From the IMG/VR virus record IMGVR_UViG_3300027692_000001: a DNA stretch of 64,000 nucleotides, one strand, 5' to 3'. Below the pieces are notes generated by a model that was given only the letters and a program-made list of their open reading frames with translations, did not search any database and had not been told where the DNA came from. Source of the DNA: a virus. Both the position numbers and the translations under genes were made by a program. Position 1 is the first letter of the stretch. Each line of letters opens with the position of its first letter. This document shows, piece by piece, positions 51,879 to 59,880 of the stretch.

Positions 51879-52871
51879 ATGACCAGTAGCGCGGGCTATG
51901 GCTACGGCGGAGCCGCCTATGGGACGGTGCGCTACGGCGTTCCTTACATTCCCCCAGTTTCAGGTGTTACCGCTACAGCAGGTGTCGCGCAGGTCACGGT
52001 CACCGCCTACGGCGCGACGGTAAGTGAGACCGTCACTGCTGGCCTAGCCGCCGTCACGGTTGCAGCGCAGCAACCCACCGCTAAGGTCACGGCACCAGCG
52101 GGGCTCGCCGCGGTCACCGTCGCAGCTCTCAATGCCGAAGGTGTTGCCAACGCAGCGCCCGCGGGCACCGCTCAGGTCTCGGGCACTGCCTATAACCCGA
52201 CCGTCACCGTCACCGCGACTGCTGGCGTAGCTGCTGTTTCCGTAGCGGCCAACGGCCCTACTCCTGTAGCAACAGTCGTTCCCTCCGTTGCCCCCGTTGT
52301 CGTCACCGCAGAGGCCCCTACAGTCTCCGTACAAGCCCCAGCAGGGCTCGCGGGGGTTACAGCTGCCGCGTGTGGTCCGACGGCCTCTGGGGCCGCTGTA
52401 GCGGGCGTGGCAAACGTCTCAGCTACAGCCGAGAGCCCGACCTCGGGGCTCACTGTTCCCGCGGGGTTGGCCCCGGTCACCGTCGAGGCTTACAACGCGA
52501 CGGGGATCATCTCGACCACCGTCATCGCGTACCCAGGTGTGGCGCAGGTCTCGGTTACTGCTTACGGCGCGCTGCCCGCGGTCTCGGCTCTCCCGAGCAC
52601 CGCCCAGACCACCGTCGAAGCCTTCACTGCCGCCTGTGGTGTCGTTGCCGTACCTCAGACCGCGCAGGTTGTGGTCGGGGCACTCAACCCTGGCATCCGT
52701 CCCACCCAAGGGGTCGCTTACGGGTACATCGTGGCGAGCTCGGCCCTCGGCTCTCTCGTGGCGGCTAGCGCGAGCGGGGACATCCTTGCTACCTCAGCCT
52801 CAGGGTCCTTAGCGGCCGACGTCGCGAGCGGGGACCTCCTAGCATCTTTGGCAACAGGGACCATCACCTAA
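51879..52871 (+). CDS. fibre-like protein with ~19-20-aa periodic repeats
   Basis: About a dozen degenerate units of the type TAxAGxAxVTVxAxxPT. Confidence 0.55.
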   Translation: MTSSAGYGYGGAAYGTVRYGVPYIPPVSGVTATAGVAQVTVTAYGATVSETVTAGLAAVTVAAQQPTAKVTAPAGLAAVTVAALNAEGVANAAPAGTAQVSGTAYNPTVTVTATAGVAAVSVAANGPTPVATVVPSVAPVVVTAEAPTVSVQAPAGLAGVTAAACGPTASGAAVAGVANVSATAESPTSGLTVPAGLAPVTVEAYNATGIISTTVIAYPGVAQVSVTAYGALPAVSALPSTAQTTVEAFTAACGVVAVPQTAQVVVGALNPGIRPTQGVAYGYIVASSALGSLVAASASGDILATSASGSLAADVASGDLLASLATGTIT

Positions 52872-52879
52872 GGAGCGCC

Positions 52880-53218
52880 ATGCAACTCGTCTTACCAACG
52901 CCGCTCTACGAAGGGACGGCTGTGACTCTGGTGGAAACCTTCGCCGTTCCTCCGGTGCCTTACACGGGCCAGCCCCAGAGCGAGTGGACGCCGACGGACC
53001 CGACCGTTGTGACCCTTACCTTCATTGCTGGCGAGGGTGCAGCCCCTGAGACGTGGACTTATCTTGGGACCGGGAGCATCAACAAGGTGGCAACCGGGGT
53101 CTACAGCGCCGAACTCCCCACGACCGCCGTTGGGACTTGGCAGGTCAAATGGGTCGGGACGGGTTCCTGCGCCGCCGTTGATGTTGGAGGGTTCCCGGTC
53201 ACAGCTACGCCCTTCTAG
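52880..53218 (+). CDS. hypothetical protein (last late gene)
   Basis: 112-aa ORF followed by two terminators. Confidence 0.55.
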   Translation: MQLVLPTPLYEGTAVTLVETFAVPPVPYTGQPQSEWTPTDPTVVTLTFIAGEGAAPETWTYLGTGSINKVATGVYSAELPTTAVGTWQVKWVGTGSCAAVDVGGFPVTATPF

Positions 53219-53225
53219 TTGCGAG

Positions 53226-53247
53226 AACCCCCGCTAGTGCGGGGGCC
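53226..53247 (+). terminator. stem-loop terminator candidate
   Basis: CCCCCGC-tagt-GCGGGGG, 8 nt after the last late-gene stop. Confidence 0.55.
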
Positions 53248-53251
53248 TCGC

Positions 53252-53283
53252 CCATGCCATACCATGCCGAACCCCACCATGCC
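53252..53283. repeat. three direct CCATGCC repeats (possible integrase arm-type sites)
   Basis: CCATGCC at 53252, 53262 and 53277, in the ORF-free region next to int. Confidence 0.3.
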
Positions 53284-53344
53284 CCACCCCACCTAACCGT
53301 AGCCAACCACACCACACCTCGGGTAGAACCTGGGATCTTGCATC

Positions 53345-53377
53345 GGGCCTCGTTCCTTCGGGAGCGGGGCCTTTTTT
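53345..53377 (+). terminator. rho-independent terminator
   Basis: GGCCTCG...CGGGGCC stem followed by TTTTTT. Confidence 0.7.
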
Positions 53378-53392
53378 CATTTAACCACTGGC

Positions 53393-54184
53393 TCAGCCCG
53401 CCTTCAATGCCCTGATGGCCGTCCGCGCGGCCATCTGGTCCCACCCCGCGTAAATGGCAGTCGTCGCGGGTGAGGCGTGGCCGAGAACTTCTTGGACCAA
53501 GCGCAGATCATGGGTCTGCGCGTACAAGCGCGTGGCACTCCAGTGCCTTAACCGGTGGGCACCACCGAGGATGCCCAGCTTGTGCATCAACCCCCCGATC
53601 GCATGGCTCACGGCCCCCGCGCTCATCCCCCCGAACACGAATTCACCGGAGGGCTCTGGAAGCCTCGCTAAGGCTGCCAACACGTCGGGGTGGGCTGGTA
53701 TCGCGCGCTCGCGGTTGCCCTTGCCTACGACCCGCAGGAGGCCCTCGGTCAGCAGCACGTCCTCAACGCGGAGGCTGGCCACTTCGCAGCACCTCAGGCC
53801 GGCGAGACTCGCGAGCAAGATCATCGCGCGCTGCTTGGAGTTCGCCCCGTCCAACAGCCGCGTCAGTTCCTTGTCGGTGACGGGCCGGGGGAGGCGACGA
53901 CGGAGCTTCGGGGGGCGGATGCGCGCGGTGGGGTCGGACGAGAGAAGCCCCTCGCCCTGCGCCCAGCGGAAGAAGCAGCCCAAGTGGCTGAGCCACACGG
54001 CGCGTGATTTGCTCGAAAGTTCTCTCCCGTCCAGCCAGTCCTCCACCTGCTCGCGGGTGCAGTCGAAGCCGACCTGCTCGGCGAACATCAGGAGGGAGCG
54101 GCGGCGTTTGTCGATCGTCAGGACCGCCAGCCCCCGACGTTCTTGGGCTCGGGTCCACTTGCGTACCAAGTCTGTGTCCTTCAT
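53393..54184 (-). CDS. int: tyrosine integrase (XerC/D-like, short form)
   Basis: 263 aa. SAM-like N-domain plus catalytic residues in order: AGLR, KGNRER, HRLRH, LGH, and Y in TTAIY. Confidence 0.9.
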   Translation of the reverse strand: MKDTDLVRKWTRAQERRGLAVLTIDKRRRSLLMFAEQVGFDCTREQVEDWLDGRELSSKSRAVWLSHLGCFFRWAQGEGLLSSDPTARIRPPKLRRRLPRPVTDKELTRLLDGANSKQRAMILLASLAGLRCCEVASLRVEDVLLTEGLLRVVGKGNRERAIPAHPDVLAALARLPEPSGEFVFGGMSAGAVSHAIGGLMHKLGILGGAHRLRHWSATRLYAQTHDLRLVQEVLGHASPATTAIYAGWDQMAARTAIRALKAG

Positions 54185-54215
54185 CGTGTCTCCGTTCGTA
54201 GGGGGTTGTGCTTAC

Positions 54216-54244
54216 ACCATAGGCCCACCCGTGCGACCTGTCAA
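54216..54244 (-). promoter_or_regulatory. consensus promoter for int
   Basis: On the minus strand: TTGACA, 17 nt, TATGGT, then the leader GTAAGCACAACCCCCTACGAACGGAGACACG and the ATG. Confidence 0.55.
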
Positions 54245-54330
54245 CATGGAACTGCCCCCGGCCGTGCGATGGCGGGGGCAGTTCTGGGTCCCCTACGAGA
54301 AGGACGCACTCCCACCGTAGCAGGCTTCGC

Positions 54331-54358
54331 TTGACTGTCACACGGCTGGGTGTAAGCT
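54331..54358 (+). promoter_or_regulatory. rightward early promoter with GCTAGC-centred palindrome
   Basis: TTGACT, 16 nt, TAAGCT. The -10 lies inside GTGTAAGCTAGCTTTACAAC, which is identical to the site at 60882. Confidence 0.55.
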
Positions 54359-54392
54359 AGCTTTACAACACCCCTACGGACAGGAGACTGCA

Positions 54393-54848
54393 ATGTCAGA
54401 CACCGTAACACTCACGACTGAGGAGCGCCAAGAGCAGTGGCTCAAGGGCCTCCGCGAGATAGTCGAGTTCCTCCACAACCACCCCGAGGCCATCAACACC
54501 TACTCCTCCCTGCGAGTCCCAATGGGCGTCGACAGCACCGAGGACCTCATCGACCGGGCAACTGCCATTGGTGGTAAGTGGGACAAGGAGGAGGGCGAGG
54601 AGTACTTTCACCTCGTCAAGCACTTCGGCGAGCACCAAGTCAGGCTCATGGTCAAGCGGGACCAGGTGTGCGAGCGCGTCCTGATCGGCAACGAGACGGT
54701 TGAGGTCCCCGACCCCAACGCGCCCAAGGTCACGATCACCCAGCCCGTGTACGAGTGGCGCTGCCCTGACTCGCTGCTGGCCCTCGCTGAACCCTCGCCC
54801 TCCGAGATCGTGCCCCCGACCGACGACGATGATATTGAGCCGTTTTGA
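54393..54848 (+). CDS. hypothetical protein with SSB-like acidic C-terminal tip
   Basis: 151 aa ending ...PPTDDDDIEPF (compare SSB tails DDDIPF and DDEPPF). The body does not look like an OB fold. Confidence 0.6.
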   Translation: MSDTVTLTTEERQEQWLKGLREIVEFLHNHPEAINTYSSLRVPMGVDSTEDLIDRATAIGGKWDKEEGEEYFHLVKHFGEHQVRLMVKRDQVCERVLIGNETVEVPDPNAPKVTITQPVYEWRCPDSLLALAEPSPSEIVPPTDDDDIEPF

Positions 54849-55546
54849 CTCGGCCCGCACCAAAGGCGTCCGACAAGGACCTGGCGGAGAACGCCCACAA
54901 GTACCGCGACCCCCGCACAGGTGACCTCCTCATCTCCGTGACCCGCGTGGTCGGCTCCTACGACGACGGTGACAAGCTAGGGGCCGGCGCGGGAGCAGCC
55001 GTCAAGCTGACCAAGGAGGGCAAGAACTACCGCGAGGTGTGGAACGCGAAGCGCGACCTCGGCTCCCGCGTCCACAAGCACGCCGCTGACTGGGCGCAAG
55101 GCAAGACCGTGGACGTCCTCGACACCGACGGGCCCTACCTAGATGCGATCCTCGCCTTCTGCCAGTCGGTTAGACCTGAGTGGATCGCCGTGGAGCGCGC
55201 TGTCGTGTCCTCTCTCGGATATGGCGGTCGTTTTGATGCTGTGGCCGAGATCGGGGGCGTGTCTACCCTCCTTGATTTCAAGACGGGTCGCGCCTGGTTG
55301 CTTGAGTTGTCGATGCAGCTCAGCGCGTACAGGTTCGCAGATGGGATGGTGGTCTACAACGCCGAGGGCAAGGCCGTCATGGTAGAGCCCATGCCCCATG
55401 TGGAACGCTGTGCTGGACTGTACCTCGACGAGACTGGCACCGCCAAGATGGTTGAGGTCGACGCCGACGAGGCTGCCTTCGGTGCCTTCTGTCACCAGCT
55501 ATCGGTGGTGCAGTGGGCCAATGCTACGAAGGCGAGGAAGCCATGA
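54845..55546 (+). CDS. PD-(D/E)XK exonuclease (RecB/YqaJ-like)
   Basis: TTGA overlap. GRFDAVAEIGGVSTLLDFKTG gives the D...D-x-K nuclease motif. Paired with the annealase gene. Confidence 0.65.
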   Translation: MTRPAPKASDKDLAENAHKYRDPRTGDLLISVTRVVGSYDDGDKLGAGAGAAVKLTKEGKNYREVWNAKRDLGSRVHKHAADWAQGKTVDVLDTDGPYLDAILAFCQSVRPEWIAVERAVVSSLGYGGRFDAVAEIGGVSTLLDFKTGRAWLLELSMQLSAYRFADGMVVYNAEGKAVMVEPMPHVERCAGLYLDETGTAKMVEVDADEAAFGAFCHQLSVVQWANATKARKP

Positions 55547-56253
55547 CCCTCCTGCCTCCAGACGCGGTGTTCGTCCCCCTACCCACAGAGGACCGCTTGG
55601 CGAAGCTGCGCGAGCCCTTCCCCGAGGAAACCGTCGGCAAGCTCCCGGCCACCGAGAAGCGCCCCATTGAGCTGGACTACGTGGGCCACGCAGCCGTCAC
55701 TGACCGCCTCCTGAGCGTTGACCCCCTCTGGTCGTGGGAGCCCCTTGTGGTGGACGCCCTCGGGATGCCCGTCTACGACGAGTACAAAGGGTTGTGGATC
55801 AAGCTCACCATCTGCGGGGTCACTCGCCTGGGCTACGGCGACGGCCCCGACCCCAAGCAGCGGATCTCCGACGCGATACGAAACGGGGCAATGCGCTTCG
55901 GCGTGGCCCTCTACCTTTGGGGCAAAGATGAACTCGAGTCGCTGATCGGCAACGAGACGGTCGCTGCTTCTCGGAAGCGCCGGCCCCCGCGAAGCTCGAC
56001 CCCCGTCCCGCGCGAATCTTCCTCAGCCCCGCCTCGTGCGGGCGGGGAACCCAACCGTATGCCCGCCACCGACCGCAACCGCCTGAAGGCCTACCTCGCG
56101 AGGCTCAAGCCGCCCGTCACAGACGAGGAAGCCATCGTGACGTGGTTGAGTGCCCTCAACGCCCTATCGGGGCGCCCTGAGCCACTGAGGCACCTTAGCG
56201 ACCTCTCCGCGGCCGAAGGGGCGGCGATCTTGGTTGAGTTGGAGATCACATGA
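55543..56253 (+). CDS. Rad52-family single-strand annealing protein (Sak-like)
   Basis: ATGA overlap. ..LDYVGHAAVTDRL...GLWIKLTICGVTRLGYGDG...SDAIRNGAMRFGVALYLW fits Rad52/Sak-type SSAPs. Confidence 0.6.
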   Translation: MTLLPPDAVFVPLPTEDRLAKLREPFPEETVGKLPATEKRPIELDYVGHAAVTDRLLSVDPLWSWEPLVVDALGMPVYDEYKGLWIKLTICGVTRLGYGDGPDPKQRISDAIRNGAMRFGVALYLWGKDELESLIGNETVAASRKRRPPRSSTPVPRESSSAPPRAGGEPNRMPATDRNRLKAYLARLKPPVTDEEAIVTWLSALNALSGRPEPLRHLSDLSAAEGAAILVELEIT

Positions 56254-56324
56254 ACTGGCGCCTGTGGATCGCCATCCTCGTTGCCTTCATCGCCGGCCAG
56301 GTCGTCGGGGGGTGGCTCCGGTGA
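56250..56324 (+). CDS. possible 24-aa membrane peptide
   Basis: Not in the track. ATGA and GTGA overlaps. Sequence MNWRLWIAILVAFIAGQVVGGWLR. Confidence 0.35.
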   Translation: MNWRLWIAILVAFIAGQVVGGWLR

Positions 56325-56596
56325 AGACCGCCATTACTCACGAGGTCGCGTTTCGCCTTGATCCCGGCGAGGGTGACGTTGTGCGCTCTCGTGGGACTGG
56401 CTGGGTGCGTCTAACGAATGTGACCATCTCCCTGCGCCCTGACGGGACGACCCGCGTCTGGGCGGCTGGGGACTACTGCCGCAAGGACGGCACGCCCGAC
56501 AAACGTCGCGGTGGCCCGACCCTCGTGTCTGTGGACCTCCCCGACCCCAAAGAATGGATCGCGTGGGCCTGGGCTGCCGTGGGGCCGAAGCTATGA
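56321..56596 (+). CDS. hypothetical protein
   Basis: GTGA overlap. 91 aa. Confidence 0.55.
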   Translation: MKTAITHEVAFRLDPGEGDVVRSRGTGWVRLTNVTISLRPDGTTRVWAAGDYCRKDGTPDKRRGGPTLVSVDLPDPKEWIAWAWAAVGPKL

Positions 56597-56751
56597 GCCG
56601 CCCATCCCAACCCATCTGGCAGGACCCCAAGGACTTGCGCTGTGAGTCCTGCGGTGCTCCTGCCGAGGTCGTTCTTGACGATGGCGGGCTGTGGTGCATC
56701 AACTGCGACGTGGCTGCGCGGGAGGCGGGCTACGACAACGACCCCGCCTAG
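56593..56751 (+). CDS. zinc-ribbon protein
   Basis: ATGA overlap. 52 aa with CESCG...CINC. Confidence 0.5.
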   Translation: MSRPSQPIWQDPKDLRCESCGAPAEVVLDDGGLWCINCDVAAREAGYDNDPA

Positions 56752-56839
56752 CCGAGGACGAGCTTGAGGAAATCGACGGGCTGCTCTACGCCCGCCGCAA
56801 AACATCCGCAACAACCTGAACCCAAGAAAGGAACCACCT

Positions 56840-57988
56840 GTGGCACGCAAAGTCGAAAGGCTCACCGAAGAGCAGGAGCGCTACATGCCCGTGTTCCGGG
56901 ACGAGTGGATACGGCGCGGCTTGGCAACCGGGCCATGTGATCGTGCGGTAATCGAAGCTGCCGTGAAGAAGATGTACCGAGGTGCAGGCAAGAAGGAGCC
57001 TGGGATAATCATCTGGGTCGAGTCGCCGCTAGGCGGATGTTTGGCCGCTGGGTTGCTTAGCAACCCATCCGTGGGGACCTCCGTGGGGGACTCCGTGGGG
57101 GCCTCCGTGCGGGCCTCCGTGTGGACCTCCGGGGGGGACTCCGTGGGGGACTCCGTGTGGGACTCCGTGTGGACCTCCGTGCGGGCCTCCGTGGGGGACT
57201 CCGTGCGGGCCTCCGTGTGGACCTCCGTGCGGGACTCCGTGTGGGACTCCGTGTGGACCTCCGTGCGGGACTCCGTGGGGGACTCCGTGTGGACCTCCGG
57301 GGGGGACTCCGTGGGGGACCAAATCTACCGTGCTTGCTATGGCCAGCATGACGCGAACTGGGTTGCCTGGGCGCGGTTCCTTCAGGATGTCGGCGCGAAC
57401 GTTGGGAGCTCGGACCATGAACTCTGGTTGCGGGCTATGGATGAGATGACGGACACGAGCTGGTGGTGGCCGTTCGAGAAAGCCGTCATTCTCAGCGAAC
57501 GCCCCCTCACTCTTACCCGCGACGCCCAGGGCCGGCTCCACTCGACGACGGGCCAAGCAATCGGCTACAGCGACGGGTGGGGAGTCTGGGCCGTCCATGG
57601 CGTGCGCGTCCCGCAATGGGTCGTCGAGCAACCCGAACTCATTACGCCTGAGAAAATCCTCGCCGAACAGAACCAGGAAATCCGACGGGTAATGGTCGAA
57701 CAAATGCCGGGTGGCTGGCAACACTTCGTCGATATGGCGAAGCTCAAACTCATCGACGAGTGCCCCGACCCAGGGAACCCTCCCTATATGGTCAGGCTCT
57801 ACTCTCTTCCGGCCGCTCTAGGCAGCCACAAGCTCATTATCGTCAACAACGCCACCATCGAGCGTGACGGCTCGCGGCGTTCTTACGGCATCACCGTCAG
57901 CGCAAACTGCAAGACCGCCATGGAGGGCGCCAGTTCCACCTTCGGCCTCTCTGTCGATCAGTACAAAGAGTTAGCCCGGGCAACCTAG
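56840..57988 (+). CDS. protein with SVxx tetrapeptide tandem-repeat array and conserved C-terminal domain
   Basis: GTG after GAAAGGAACC. About 21 consecutive 4-aa units ([16 protein letters not shown]) followed by a ~220-aa globular domain. Confidence 0.65.
   Translation: MARKVERLTEEQERYMPVFRDEWIRRGLATGPCDRAVIEAAVKKMYRGAGKKEPGIIIWVESPLGGCLAAGLLSNPSVGTSVGDSVGASVRASVWTSGGDSVGDSVWDSVWTSVRASVGDSVRASVWTSVRDSVWDSVWTSVRDSVGDSVWTSGGDSVGDQIYRACYGQHDANWVAWARFLQDVGANVGSSDHELWLRAMDEMTDTSWWWPFEKAVILSERPLTLTRDAQGRLHSTTGQAIGYSDGWGVWAVHGVRVPQWVVEQPELITPEKILAEQNQEIRRVMVEQMPGGWQHFVDMAKLKLIDECPDPGNPPYMVRLYSLPAALGSHKLIIVNNATIERDGSRRSYGITVSANCKTAMEGASSTFGLSVDQYKELARAT
57066..57319 (+). repeat. 12-bp coding tandem repeat (tccgtgggggac-type)
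   Basis: About 21 in-frame 12-nt units with point variation. They generate spurious repeat ORFs in other frames and on the other strand. Confidence 0.85.
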
Positions 57989-58013
57989 CCCGCAAATGAT
58001 AGAAAGGAACGCA

Positions 58014-58430
58014 ATGACACTCACACTCGCAATGGCCGAACAGACCACCGGAATAGAGGTGCTGGATTACCTCGACAGGCAAGCCGAAGTTCCCATCCTG
58101 ACCGGCATACAGCGTCAAGGCGACGTAATCGTCATCCCCCAGCGCCCGGGCCTTGTCTCAGGCGCCAAGCTAATCACCGACGCAACCCCGGTGGTCCGCG
58201 GCGAGAACGGCGGCAATACTCACGCTCTCGTAGCCGACGGCCCGTGCACCTGGGCAGCTCGTGAGCGCGTTAGTGCAACCGAACCGGACCTCGGCACGCT
58301 CACCGTCCCTGAAGGTTCGGGAGCGTTCCTCGCCCATCCAGAGCATGGCTTCTTGGGTATCGGCCCGGGCCAGTACATCATCCGTCGCCAGGTCGAGGAA
58401 GCCGATAGAGCTCGGCTCGTCGCCGACTGA
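58014..58430 (+). CDS. hypothetical protein
   Basis: ATG after GAAAGGAAC. 138 aa. Confidence 0.55.
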   Translation: MTLTLAMAEQTTGIEVLDYLDRQAEVPILTGIQRQGDVIVIPQRPGLVSGAKLITDATPVVRGENGGNTHALVADGPCTWAARERVSATEPDLGTLTVPEGSGAFLAHPEHGFLGIGPGQYIIRRQVEEADRARLVAD

Positions 58431-58447
58431 ACAGCGCCGCCAACGAA

Positions 58448-58543
58448 ATGGACCGCTGCGGCGGCGTTAGCGTCCCGTCTCGCACCGCCTTGGTCAAGCG
58501 CATCGACGCCTTCCTCAAAGCGACTGTGAGGGACCACGCGTGA
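58448..58543 (+). CDS. possible 31-aa protein
   Basis: Not in the track. The end forms a GTGA overlap with the next ORF. Confidence 0.3.
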   Translation: MDRCGGVSVPSRTALVKRIDAFLKATVRDHA

Positions 58544-58716
58544 CCCTCTCCATCTCCCCCACCCGCTCAGGGCTCACCACCACGATTGTCTGCCTGAAGT
58601 GCGAGCACTTCGCCGACGAGCCCCAGCCAGCGTGGATCGACACGAATGGCGACGTCTACTTCCAGGGCGAGTCATGGGAGGACTTGGTGTTCTTCGGGGA
58701 GCGCCACCGAGAATGA
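58540..58716 (+). CDS. possible 58-aa protein
   Basis: Not in the track. GTGA at the start and ATGA at the end. Good GC3. Confidence 0.45.
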   Translation: MTLSISPTRSGLTTTIVCLKCEHFADEPQPAWIDTNGDVYFQGESWEDLVFFGERHRE

Positions 58717-59105
58717 CCAGCGCCGATGCCACCCGGAAGAAGGAACCGACCAGGGCCAGAGACAGAGCCTTCGCGCGTGGCGAAGCACTGGCGCGGCTCG
58801 CAGCCCGGTACCCCGACGAGTTTGAGGCTCTTTACGCTGAGGAGCGGCAGCGCCTTGGGCTGCCTCCGGTTGACCGCGACGCCCGGAACTTTGTCGACGC
58901 GCAACTCCTACGTCTCGTCCGCGCTGACCCCTCTCCCGGCCTAGAGGCGGCGGCGCTCGCTACGGGGCTCTCCACGGAGGGCGCTCGTCAGGGGCTGATG
59001 CGACTGGTCGCGGCCGGGAGCCTCCGTATCGTGCCCACTGCCAAGAGCGGAAGGAGTGGGAGGAAGCGTACGACCTACGCCGTAACGCAGAGAGCCGGTC
59101 CTTGA
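58713..59105 (+). CDS. winged-helix (MarR-like) DNA-binding protein
   Basis: ATGA-coupled start (the track start at 58599 overlaps the upstream ORF). C-terminal ..LSTEGARQGLMRLVAAGSLRIV.. is a wHTH-like segment. Confidence 0.55.
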   Translation: MTSADATRKKEPTRARDRAFARGEALARLAARYPDEFEALYAEERQRLGLPPVDRDARNFVDAQLLRLVRADPSPGLEAAALATGLSTEGARQGLMRLVAAGSLRIVPTAKSGRSGRKRTTYAVTQRAGP

Positions 59106-59532
59106 CAGGGCCGGCTCTATCTGGTTACGCTTGGTTCGCTGACAACCAAGAGCCACCCTAGCACAGACGGGTCGTTTAGTCCACGAGACGGATTCACACG
59201 GAGCGCCGGGCCCGTCAGCCGGCGGCGAGTTGGGAGCACAGACCCTGATCCCGATGGCAAGGGAAGCCCTCAAGTCAAGGCGCGTCCGGTGCGAGGCCCA
59301 GTCAGCAGCTTCCCTACCAACATCCCGACCGTGTGGTGACGCTGACGACTTGGCTCCAAAAGCGAAAACCTCTCCTAACACTAGGGGAGGGTTCTGCCTC
59401 TAACTCTCACCAAAAGCGATCAGGGAGAACCGAAGCAACCACCTCTTAGGTGTAGCATCGCCAACCACCAAAAAGAAGCGGACCTGAGGCTTCCCCACCC
59501 CAGGCCCGCCCTAGACAGAGGAGGCATCCCTC
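59106..59532 (+). ncRNA. copy B of the unclassified ~400-nt structured element
   Basis: 427-bp ORF-poor gap. Collinear with the reverse complement of 5536-5950. An 8-bp stem (59091-59118) encloses the upstream stop codon. Contains TTGACA, 18 nt, TACGCT at 59102-59131. Confidence 0.5.
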
Positions 59533-59880
59533 TTGACAGCGACTTTACCATTACCACTCGCATTGCCCCCCAAACGCGAGCGCCCTGGTATCCCCCCCGA
59601 CTTCGTTCCTTCCAGAGACAGCCTCTTGTGGGCCGCTGGGCGCGGGTACGACCGCCTCGACCTGGACTACGAGAACGAGCAGTTCGTCCTCTACCACCTC
59701 GGTCACGCGACCAAGTGGAAAAGCTGGGACCTCGCGTGGCGGAGCTGGATCGCGCGCTCAGCCCACGACAAGGCTTCGGCCCTGAACGTGGGGCGTCCTT
59801 CGTCGGGCCTTGTCCCCTCCCGGCCTGCTCAGGTCGATGGCCGCGGCTTCCTCAGGAGAGATGATGTCCCCGAAGCCTGA
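59533..59880 (+). CDS. hypothetical Trp-rich protein
   Basis: TTG lies 7 nt after GAGGAGG. 115 aa. Confidence 0.55.
   Translation: MTATLPLPLALPPKRERPGIPPDFVPSRDSLLWAAGRGYDRLDLDYENEQFVLYHLGHATKWKSWDLAWRSWIARSAHDKASALNVGRPSSGLVPSRPAQVDGRGFLRRDDVPEA

Noticed and set aside
57029-57724. 231-aa minus-strand ORF with GVPHG repeats, and the plus-frame LRGG/LRVD repeat ORF 57121-57351
   Set aside because: These are mirror or alternative-frame readings of the 12-bp coding tandem repeat in 56840-57988. Only the SVxx frame continues into flanking non-repetitive coding sequence with a proper start.
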